Part shown: positions 1 through 10,500 of the stretch, piece by piece
How positions within the stretch are numbered: position 1 is the stretch's first letter
How the letters are laid out: each line of letters starts with the position of its first letter
NCBI GenBank assembly: GCA_964016885.1
Contig: OZ024756.1
Location: 10,540,001 to 10,604,000 of the forward strand
From: Eledone cirrhosa
Lineage: Eukaryota
Direction: 5' to 3'
DNA length: 64,000 bases
Notes under the pieces: generated by a model
Told to the model about the DNA's origin: nothing
Database searches by the model: none
The model's input: the letters and a program-made list of their open reading frames with translations, nothing else
Translations under genes and position numbers: made by a program

Positions 1-46
1 TATGCTAGAAGGCATGGCGTCCAACCCTCTACTGATACTGCCAATT
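1..46 (-). mobile_element. 5' fragment of tRNA-derived SINE (family 2, same as 5790-5971)
   Basis: gcatggcgtccaaccctctactgatactgccaat matches 5938-5971 gcatggcgtccgaccctctaacgatactgccaat. Confidence 0.6.
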
Positions 47-77
47 CACCACATGGTTGCATAAATAATGATACAAG

Positions 78-1265
78 TCGTAGTCTTGGTGCTGTGATAA
101 ATACACCCAGTCCACCCTGTAAAGTGGTAGTCTTGGTGCTGTGATAAATACACCCAGTCCACCCTGTAAAGTCATAGTACTGGTGCTGTGATAAGATACA
201 CCCAGTCCACTCTGTAAAGTCGTAGTACTGGTGCTGTGATAAAATACACCCAGTCCACTCTGTAAAGTTGTAGTACTGGTGCTGTGATAAATGCACCCAG
301 TCCACTCTGTAAAGTCATAGTACTGGTGCTGTGATAAAATACACCCAGTCCACTCTGTAAAGTCATAGTACTGGTGCTGTGATAAGATACACCCAGTCCA
401 CTCTGTAAAGTCGTAGTACTGGTGCTGTGATAAATACACCCAGTCCACTCTGTAAAGTTGTAGTACTGGTGCTGTGATAAGATACACCCAGTCCACTCTG
501 TAAAGTTGTAGTACTGGTGCTGTGATAAAATACACCCAGTCCACTCTGTAAAGTCATAGTACTGGTGCTGTGATAAATACACCCAGTCCACTCTGTAAAG
601 TCATAGTACTGCTGTAAATTCATAGTACTGGTGCTGTGATAAAATACACCCAGTCCACTCTGTAAAGTGGTAGTGCTGGTGCTGTGATAAATACACCCAG
701 TCCACCCTGTAAAGTGGTAGTGTTGGTACCATGATAAATACACCCAGTCCACTCTGTAAAGTGGTTGTACTTATGCTGTGATAAATACACCCAGTACACT
801 CTGTAAAGAGGTAGTACTGGTGCTGTGATAAATACACCCAGTCCACTCTGTAAAGTCATAGTACTGGTGCTGTGATAAGATACACCCAGTCCACTCTGTA
901 AAATCGTAGTACTGGTGCTGTGATAAATACACCCAGTCCACTCTGTAAAGTCGTAGTACTGGTGCTGTGATAAAATACACCCAGTCCACTCTGTAAAGTC
1001 ATAGTACTGGTGCTGTGATAAAATACACCCAGTCCACTCTGTAAAGTGGTAGTGCCGGTGCTGTGATAAATACACCCAGTTCACCCTGTAAAGTGGTAGT
1101 GTTGGTACCATGATAAATACACCCAGTCCACTCTGTAAAGTGGTCGTACTTATGCTGTGATAAATACACCCAGTCCACTCTGTAAAGTCGTAGTACTGGT
1201 GCTGTGATAAATACACCCAGTCCACTCTGTAAAGTCATAATACTGGTGCTGTGATAAATACACCC
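78..1265. repeat. 47/48-bp minisatellite (~25 units)
   Basis: Unit gtagtactggtgctgtgataaatacacccagtccactctgtaaagtc repeated head-to-tail; explains the repetitive minus-strand ORFs. Confidence 0.95.
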
Positions 1266-1835
1266 CAGCTCTTTAATAAGCTACTCTATAGTGCCAGAGC
1301 TCCCATCCATCGTGTCAAGGACCATATTCTGCAATAGCCTGGGATTCAAGTGATCCCAGCTCTTTAATAAGCTACTCTATAGTGCCAGAGCTCCCATCCA
1401 TCGTGTCAAGGACCATATTCTGCAATAGCCTGGGGTTCAAGTGATCCCAGCTCTTTAATAAGCTACTCTATAGTGCCAGAGCTCCCATCCATCGTGTCAA
1501 GGACCATATTCTGCAATAGCCTGGGGTTCAAGTGATCCCAGCTCTTTAATAAGCTACTCTATAGTGCCAGAGCTCCCACCCATCGTGTCAAGGACCACAT
1601 TCTGCAATAGCCTGGGGTTCAAGTGACCCCAGCTCTTTAATAAGCTACTCTATAGTGCCAGAGCTCCCATCCATCGTGTCAAGGACAACATTCTGCAATA
1701 GCCTGGGGTTCAAGGGACCCCAGCTCTTTAATAAGCTACTCTATAATGCCAGAAGTCCCATCCATCACATCCAGTGTAAGGACCACATTCTGCAATAGCC
1801 TGGGGTTCAAGGGGCCCCAGCTCTTTAATAAGCAG
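1263..1835 (+). repeat. 91-bp tandem repeat (5 x 91 bp + one 97-bp unit) derived from a LINE ORF2 3' end
   Basis: agctctttaataagc recurs at 1267, 1358, 1449, 1540, 1631, 1722 (91-bp period) and 1819 (97 bp). Confidence 0.92.
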
Positions 1836-2060
1836 CTAAAAATCCTGAGGGCTTTTGGTGTCCATGAAAATGATTTCAAGAGACATCTCGACATTTTACA
1901 GACCAAGATCCTGGATAAAACCACATCTCGAGGTGATGCACAAATAAGGGCAGCAACAACAAACTCCCTTTTGTATCAATGGCCAACCAAGGAAAGCTGG
2001 CTATAGAGAGAGTAACATCAATGGCAGTGCCCCAGCATGGCCTCACCCTGTCGGCTGGAA
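1746..2060 (+). pseudogene. 3' remnant of CR1/Jockey-group LINE ORF2
   Basis: Translation NSLGFKGPQLFN...FKRHLD...RAATTNSL resembles the C-terminal end of CR1-group ORF2 (S-x-x-GPxLFNxLP...FKxxLD); no RT core present. Confidence 0.55.
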
Positions 2061-2314
2061 CACGTAATGGATTACTAGAATAATAGAACAAGTGGAATTG
2101 ATCCTTTAATCAAAGAATGAGAACTACTACAATGGTAAGTTGGTCAATGTTCAGAAAAGTAATGGTGTAGATGGCGCTGTCTCACTATTTCTCACGGTAA
2201 AAATAGTTTACAGAATCAACTTTACGAATTGCTGACTCAAGATCTCAATAGCACTTCCAAATTATTGTCTCATACTTCCTTCTCTGACTTCTTTGCATTC
2301 TTCTTTTTTTTTAT

Positions 2315-2425
2315 ATGCATCACGTTACCATACCAACATAATCTCCTGTCAAGTAAACAGCATCTGATCCCTCTTATTCCTAATTTCTCACTTAGTTTGT
2401 TTACTTTTTGCTATTCGTGTATTAC
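2315..2425 (-). mobile_element. RTE LINE ORF fragment
   Basis: Reverse complement aligns with ~11025-11140 of the intact RTE (taagagggatcagatg..tttac..gaga..tgttggta). Confidence 0.8.
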
Positions 2426-2508
2426 GTATCGTATATTATACATATATATATTATATATCGTGTATTACACATTGTGTATTATACATTCAACGGAGCATTC
2501 ATGCTTTG

Positions 2509-2549
<41 letters not shown>

Positions 2550-3149
2550 ATATATATGTTTGTGTGTGTATATATATGTTTGTGTGTGTGTGTATATATG
2601 TGTGTATAACCCCAAACATGCACAACCACACTGAGCACAAAGGCTGAGTACCCTCACTGAACTGTCAGTGTTTGACCTACAGGCACAAACTAAGAGTAGA
2701 CACTTGCCATTTTCACTTAACTTTTGATAAATATACTGGAGGATAGCACCTCCTCTCCCCTCACTTATCTTCAGGGCTAGATTTAATTGGAGGAAAATAG
2801 GGCAATTGCCCTGGATACCCTGCAGTGAGGGGGAGATCACCAGCAATGGCCGTAGCAATGTATTTGTGCCCTCTGATAGGCTTTTAAGCTTTATCCTTTT
2901 GACAACAAGAACTATATTTTTAACAAAAAGTATTTAATATCTTTACTGCAGTAACAATTCATCAAATTTTCTCAACTTTAGAGACATCAAGTTGTTATCA
3001 GGACAATATTCTAATAAAGGTATTTGATGTCACTGTTTCAAGTGGTTGTACTGGTATTGCAAAAAGAATGTACATAGTAAACACTCTAAAGTGGTTATGT
3101 TAGGAAGGACATCCAGCCATAGGGACCATACCAAATATGTAATGTACGA

Positions 3150-3335
3150 GCAAGATGAGGGACCTTGTTGTCCAATTAACACAGTCAAGACCATATAACA
3201 CAACTGGTATGATGTAAGTATCAAAGATCTTAGCCTTCAAATGATAGGAAACTCGTTTTGATGTTAGTACTTCTTTGTTCTTGTTGAAAGCTGCCCAACC
3301 TAGAGCGATGCGATATTCCACAGCAACCATTCCAT
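3150..3335 (-). mobile_element. Decayed RTE-clade LINE fragment (different family)
   Basis: RIALGWAAF...LKAKIFDTYIIPVVLYG is the typical post-RT RTE motif (RI..GW.AF...LK.K.F...I.P.L.YG). Confidence 0.7.
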
Positions 3336-3376
3336 TGTTGTTTTGTTTGATGATAGTTTGTGACCAAGATATTTTG

Positions 3377-3402
<26 letters not shown>

Positions 3403-3408
<6 letters not shown>

Positions 3409-3800
3409 AATACTTTGGGAGGGTTATGCTGCCAGTAAAAACACATGCACCAGTTGGTTTTCACTTCAGTTTATTATAAGTTTCCGGTTGGTTGGTTAGT
3501 TCGATAACTGGAAGTTTGTTTATATATTGTCAAAGCTCTTTTGTCACACATTCTGTGACCTCTTTTGTTCAGTCCTACCCCCCCCCCCCCAAAAAAAAAA
3601 ATGGTGTAAGATAGAACAAAGGAGAGATACAAAATAAAAACGTAGTCACTGAGGAGGTCACAGAATGTGTGACAAAAGAGCTTTGACAATATATAAACAA
3701 CCATCCGGTTATCGAACCAACTGGAAATTTATAATAAATTGAAGTGAAAACCAACAAGTGCGTGTGTTTTTATTGGCAGCATGACCCTCTCAAACAATAT
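3403..3800. mobile_element. Inverted pair of Penelope-like termini (family A) with degenerate HHR
   Basis: Arms ~3410-3562 and ~3654-3800 are imperfect reverse complements, next to (TA)n. gtca-CTGAGGA-ggtcaca..tgtgac-AAAA-gagc-TT-tgac at 3645-3687. Terminus tttgggagggt is shared with 35420, 51895 and 55238. Confidence 0.7.
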
Positions 3801-4419
3801 CTGTTTCAACACACGCTTTCAGATAAGAAATCTTGCAAAGAAAATTCAAAAACGAAATATATATATATATATATATATATAATATTTGATATGTTAAAAT
3901 ATATATATATATAATATTTCATATGTTATTTGATATGTGTATATATATGTATATATACACATACTACTTATATTTTAACATATTAAATATTTTCTTATTT
4001 TATCTCATAAAATATTCTTGTATTTTACTATGTTATCTGGTAAGATAAATATATGTTATTTATTTTATTGTTTTAGCTTGGAAGGAAAACTGAAGGAAAA
4101 TGTGAAGATTTGGTTTGTCATTAAAACCAGAACTAACCATAATGGAAAACTTCAAAATAATAACTTAGCTTTCATCAATTCCTGACACCAGTAAGTTTTA
4201 TGAGTAGATTTTTTAACACCCTGCTCCAAAAATTTTTGGTTCATAAACCTGGATTTTAAACTCTCTTACTCCATTTTACATGTTTACATTTGTAATGAAA
4301 TTTTTTTATCATTGCAGGCAAAATATATTAAACACTTTATGTATATGTAAAATAATTCCTCTTATAAAGCATGTGTATTATCAAAAAAAAAAAAGAAAAA
4401 AATTAGTTAACTTAGAAGT

Positions 4420-4570
4420 CATTATCATCATCATCATCGTTTAACGTCCATCTTCCACGCTTGCATGGGTTTGGACGGGAGTTTTCCCACTTGAGGCAAG
4501 ATTGGTTGTCCTGCTCGTATAGGACTGTCTGGCGGGTTTTCTACGGCTGGATGCCCTTCCTAACACCAAC
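4420..4570 (-). mobile_element. RTE 3' tail (severely 5'-truncated)
   Basis: Reverse complement of 11695-11842 including the (GAT)n tail. Confidence 0.85.
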
Positions 4571-4650
4571 TGTCTTCACGCTAAAATGAAACCTTCGTTT
4601 CGGTAATTCAAAAAAGCCAAGTTATTATTTTTTACATTCCCCATTATTAT

Positions 4651-4795
4651 GGCAGCAGATTGGCAGCGTTGTTAGAACATTGGATAGAATGCTTTGAGGC
4701 CTTCGTTCTCACTCTCTGCTTTCTAAGTTCAAATTCTACTGACGTGTTCTTTGACTTTCATCCATTCTAAGTCTATAAAAAAAAATACCAATTTA
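4651..4795 (+). mobile_element. Degenerate tRNA-derived SINE (family 2)
   Basis: ggcag..attggcag..gttagaacattgg (A box), agttcaaattc (B box), gactttcatcc...taaaa..tacc domain. Confidence 0.6.
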
Positions 4796-4873
4796 TTACT
4801 TGGATATATTCTTCCTCTATATATCTTTCTCACTTCCTTTCTCTCACTCTCTTTATGTCCATATATAAATATA

Positions 4874-5320
4874 TAGAAATAGGATTTAGCTTCAAGCATA
4901 GCTGTATACAAATATGTATAAAAATTTCGTATTTCTAAAGAAACACGGTTTTAGGTTTAGGAAGCCGTAGCTATGCAAATATCAGGGCTAATGCCCTCTA
5001 GTTGTGTCCAGCAGAAGCGAGAGAGACAACCGTCTATGCATTTCAGACTTTACTGGTCTTCCTCGGGACAGTCTCTCCCACTCTTGCAACTGCTGAACTT
5101 GAAAACAGTCGAGAACATATAGTTTTCTCGTCTGTGTAAATGGGGTGATTAATCTCATTGCATATGAAGCTGCATAAGTTGGCTCAACTTATAATAGAAT
5201 AGAATTAGGATTTAGCTTCAGACATAGCTGTATACAAATATGTATAGAAATTTCGTATTTCTAAAGAAACACGGTTTTAGGAAGCCGTAGCTATGCAAAC
5301 ACCGGGGCTAACACCCTCTT
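4874..5320 (-). mobile_element. Small non-coding element: ~120-bp direct repeats (326-bp period) enclosing an HHR
   Basis: ggatttagcttca...gccgtagctatgcaa...ccctct at 4882 and 5208; short TA runs on both sides. Confidence 0.75.
5023..5075 (-). ncRNA. Minimal type I hammerhead ribozyme motif (U4C core variant)
   Basis: Minus strand: ctgtc CCGAGGA agac-cagtaaa-gtct GAAA tgca TA gacgg. Confidence 0.6.
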
Positions 5321-5677
5321 ATATATATGAACTACACTTGCATCTAACCTTTTAAAATGCTTAAATCCTTAAGCTTTATTTTGAAATGCATGTTTCCTCT
5401 GTCCTCTATTACTGACTTTTTCAGCATTAATTTTGTCCACAACTACTGTACTTTTACTGTACTTCATTTATCTGTAACCATATGTATTTTACTTTATTTT
5501 GTCGCATTTTATCTGCTCCTGATGTGTTATCTACTCCTATTTTTCACATGTGTTCCACCTCAGTTGCTTGGTTACCTTATATAAATATTAATGCTTGCTC
5601 CTATCTAACTTCTAATAATATGTATCCTCCAAATGTTCCTAAAGCAAAGTTTTGATCCTATATTTGTATTTAACTTG

Positions 5678-5732
5678 TAATAACTCTGAAGATTCCTGCC
5701 TTGAGCTAGGATGAAATGATCATTAGTTATTA
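5678..5732 (+). ncRNA. Minimal hammerhead-like motif at end of a TA-embedded element
   Basis: taataact CTGAAGA ttcct..aggat GAAA tgatca tt agttatta; stem I ataact/agttat. Confidence 0.5.
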
Positions 5733-5789
5733 AATGTTTGAAAGATTAAACACTCTTTGATTATAATCAATGTAAATAATCAATGTAAA

Positions 5790-5971
5790 TAATTGTTTCT
5801 ACTTTTGGCACAAGCCCAGTAATTACCCAGTGCATTACTGGTACTTTATTTTATCGACCTCGTAAGGAGGAAAGGCAAAGTTAACCTCGGCGGGATTTGA
5901 ACTCAGAATGGCAAGGGTCGTAACTCTACGCGTCAAAGCATGGCGTCCGACCCTCTAACGATACTGCCAAT
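5790..5971 (-). mobile_element. tRNA-derived SINE, family 2 (central domain resembling Meta/MESC-type SINEs)
   Basis: Minus strand: ttggcagtatcgttagag (A box), gagttcaaatcc (B box), gcctttcctccttacgaggtcgataaaataaagtaccag; flanked by duplicated aatgtaaataat. Confidence 0.8.
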
Positions 5972-6174
5972 AATGTAAATAATCAATGTAAATAATAATT
6001 ATTATTTACATTGTATTTTGGCTCTGTATTATACTTGATATTTTACATCGAGCTATATTCATACTTGTAATATTTAATATTACTCACCGTATATATATAC
6101 GTGATAGTTCTTAACCATTTTGAATTCATTGCTGTCGGGGATCAGGGTAGAAATTTTAGTCCAGACTCGAGGTA

Positions 6175-6258
6175 TCTCTTGATGAGTTACAAGCCTCGTG
6201 GATAGATCCAGGATCGGACATATCCACAGAAAAGGAACGAAACTACCGGTAGTCGAGA
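6175..6258 (+). ncRNA. Type I hammerhead ribozyme motif with GUC site
   Basis: tctc TTGATGA gtt...gtggata-gatccaggatc-ggaca-tatccac...aac GAAA ctac-cg-gtag TC gaga. Confidence 0.65.
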
Positions 6259-6574
6259 CTAGAGGAATTTTGGTAAAGTTTATATGCATTTTTTCTTCTA
6301 ACCTCTATTTTATACCTAACTCCATGTAGTTAATTATTTGTCTAGTCAATTTCTATGGGCTAAAAGGAATGACTAGGAAAATTTTATCTGGCTGTCCGCC
6401 GCAGAAGATAGTCTGTATCATTTGTCTATTATTTCTTCATAGTTTCATTTTAAACTTATAGCCTCGTTTAAATGATTATTTATGTGGTTGATTTCTACAG
6501 ACTTGGGAGAGGAAAGACTGTATATATTTTATCTATGATTCTTCAAACTTGCAATTATATATATATATTTTTCA

Positions 6575-7020
<446 letters not shown>

Positions 7021-7181
7021 CGTTTCTGAATTTGTTATATATATATATATAATATTTAAAGGCTAAACAAGGTTCAATGAATAAATCAAAGAATTAGTTT
7101 TACAATAGATTGGAACCACTCAACAGATATGGTTTTCCGGAGTTATTAATATTAATTCAAAATATTAACAAAAATAAACCT

Positions 7182-7443
7182 TTGTGTGATCAAGTATATT
7201 TTATTATACATATTTCAGACGTACTGAGCTATCTTCAACAGTACATCCTCATCAGATAAAATAAGATGATGCATGACATACCTTGACATAGTAGATGGTT
7301 AAGATTCAGTCATGACTGAATCTTAACCATCTACTATGTCAGGGTATGTCATGCATCATCTTATTTTATCTGATGAGGATGTACTGTTGAAGATAGCTCA
7401 GTACGTCTGAAATATGTATAATAAAATATACTTGATCACACAA
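7182..7443. mobile_element. Spacerless 262-bp palindrome carrying a minimal HHR in each arm (family B)
   Basis: Centre cagt-catg-actg at 7312/7313, one mismatch seen. + strand 7361-7428: ttattttat CTGATGA ggatgtactg..cagtacgtct GAAA tatg TA taataaaata. Confidence 0.85.
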
Positions 7444-7599
7444 TATATATTCCTTTAAATATATTTTGTTAAACTTGCTAAGTTCTACGCAAAACTTCTA
7501 GTACCTATTTAAACTCTTAACCTCTGCTCCATCCCATCTTCTACCCCCTACCCATACATCATGCTGGTTCCTGCCCCCCCCCCCTGCCTCTCTATACAT

Positions 7600-10500
7600 A
7601 TAAGATAAACCCTACCAAAATTAATCACAATCGCCAACTCGCTATTTCTGGGATGGCTGTTCTTGCGGTATAAAGTAACGTTCAAATATTTTTCTCGATT
7701 CTTCTCTCCATTCGAATCCATTCATTCAATCACTATTCTATGTCCTAATTTCACACTATATCATATTTCTTCTCGATTCTTCTCTCCATTCGAATCCATT
7801 CATTCAATCACTATTCTATGTCCTAATTTCACACTATACCATATTTTCACCATTCTATATCATATTTTTTCTCTAAAAATCATATTTTCCTTATCACCGC
7901 ATTTTCTCTATCGTATTTTCTTAAACAAAACAAATCTTGTATTTTCGTTTATTGTTAAAATATGCCCAAAATACGGTGATCTTATCTTAAACCTTACATT
8001 CTCGCTAACAACCCATCATCCCTCCCACCCGCACCCACGCACCACCATTATTACGTGGACCAATCATAAGTCAGAGGCCCATACCATCGCTTAACTTGTT
8101 GCTTTTCGATGGGATGGATGGACTACGGAATTCTGGAGAGTTGAAGAGAGAAAAATGTGGACGCTCAGCGACAATGCCAAAGATAAAGACAAATTCACCT
8201 CGTGGTCGAGAATGCAAGCACTCCGCCTTGTTTCGGCCCAGGATGGCTAACATAACCCCCCCCCCCCGCGCCCCACCGCTCCCACCCTCCAAACGCAATC
8301 CAAAACTTCAGAGTTGGTACCATGAATGTAGACACCTTAAAGGGTCGCTCTAACGAGGTTGTAGAAATGCTTGTACGTAAGGAGGTCGATGTTTGTTGTA
8401 TTCAAGAGACCAGGTGGAGGGGAGGGTCGGCTAGATTCATCGTGGGTAAAGAACGATGCTATAAGCTTTTCTGGGTGGGAAATGACAATGGGTTGGGTGG
8501 GGTAGGAATCATGGTAGCAGATAAGATAATAGACGTAAATAGAGTGAACGACAGAATAATTAAAATAAGACTTGTCCTCAATAAAACTACGGTGACAGTA
8601 ATATCTGCGTACGCACCACAATCCGGACTGCCCGGTGCTATAAAAGACAGATTCTACGAGACACTGATGCTCGCTACCTCCCAAATAACTGACAGTGACT
8701 ATATAGTTATTGCAGGCGACCTAAATGGTCACGTTGGACAACATTGTGATGGCTATGACGGAATCCATGGAGGCTATGGGTTCGGTACTAGAAATGAGGA
8801 AGGCTCCAGAATCCTGGAATTCTGCGACGCAAATAACTTAACTATCTGTAACACTAACTTCAAAAAACGAGACAATCACTTGATCACCTATAGATCGGGG
8901 GAACACTCAAGCCAGGTAGATTATATCCTTACCAGAAGACGTGACAGAGTGTCTGTTGTTAACACTAAATCCCTCCCCCATGAAGAATTCACCTCCCAAC
9001 ATAGACTGATAATTAGCGACCTCATAGTCAGGACGAGACGTACTAGACAGCGGAAGAGGACTATCCTCAGGAGAAAAATATGGAAGCTAAAGGACCCCAT
9101 AGCCAGAAATAAATTTCAAAGCATATTACTTGACGCTTTCGACAGTAAGGAAGAGCAATTAGAGTCGTATAATATAGAGGAACAGTGGGAATTCCTGAGA
9201 GCAAACCTGCTGACGGCGGCAGACGAAGTCTGTGGCTGGAGCAGGCCTGTAGGTAGGAGGAGAGTAACATGGTGGTGGAACAGTAAGGTGGAGGAGTCAA
9301 TTAAGGCCAAAAAGCAGGCTTGGAAAGCATGGCGGGATGGGGGAAGTAGAGAAGACTATCAAGTGGCCAGGAGGGAAGCTAGGAGACAAGTGTACTTCGC
9401 AAGAAGGGAAGCAGAGGAAAGAAAGTTCAAGCATGTTCTACAACGTGAGGACCAAAAACGTGAGGTGTTCAGGATTGCCAGGCAATGTGTCAAGGAAAAC
9501 CGTGATATTGTCGGGGAGAAGTGTGTACTTAACGATGATGGCATACTTGCCATCACCGACGCTGATAAGAAGGTAGCTTGGAAGTGTCACTACGAAAGGC
9601 TTCTAAATGAGGAGAACAAATGGGAGAAAGACAGTCTCCCCCACATCGACCCAATAGAGGGACCAGCAGTGTTAGTCCAGGGTAGTACAATAAGCAAGGC
9701 AATCAAAGATATGAAGACGGGTAAGGCGGCTGGTCCTTCGGAAATAGTTGCTGAGATGCTGAAGGCATCTGGTTCGGTGGGACACACCATGGTCACCCGG
9801 ATAGTTAACCAAGTCGTACAGAATGGGGTTGTTCTGAAGGACTGGCGTAGCAGCATCATCGTTAACTGCTATAAGGGAAAAGGAGATGCCCTAGATAGGA
9901 GTAACTATAGAGGCATTAAATTAATCGACCAGGTCATGAAGGTCACGGAAAAAGTAATAGCGCAACTAATCAGAGAGAGAATTGATCTAGATGAAATGCA
10001 GTTCGGATTTGTGTCAGGCAAAAGTACCACAGACGCTCTTTTCATTGTACGACAACTACAGGAGAAGTACCTAGCTAAAAGTAAACCCCTATACTTAGCT
10101 TTCGTCGACTTGGAGAAAGCCTTCGACAGAGTCCCCCGTTCCATTATCTGGTGGTCTCTTAGAAAACTAGGTGTTGACGAATGGCTTGTGAGAGCTATAC
10201 AAGCCATGTATAAAGAAACAGTCAGTAAGGTTAGAATTAACAACGAATATAGTGAAGAGTTTAGCGTAAAAGTTGGTGTCCATCAGGGCTCTGTTCTTAG
10301 CCCCCTACTATTTATTATTGCCCTTCAGGCTATAACAGAGGAGTTCAAGACCGGCTGCCCATGGGAACTCCTATACGCAGATGATCTAACGCTCATAGCT
10401 GAATCAATGACCGAACTAGAGAAGAAATTCCAAACATGGAAGCACGGCCTAGAATCAAAAGGCCTTAAAATTAACCTGGCTAAGACTAAAGTTCTAGTTT

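Noticed and set aside
2770-2870. hAT-like terminal repeat cagggctagattta
   Set aside because: No matching opposite end or TSD found
7600-8240. HDV-like ribozyme at the RTE 5' end
   Set aside because: Known in some RTEs, but I could not assemble the nested pseudoknot by eye; needs a covariance-model search
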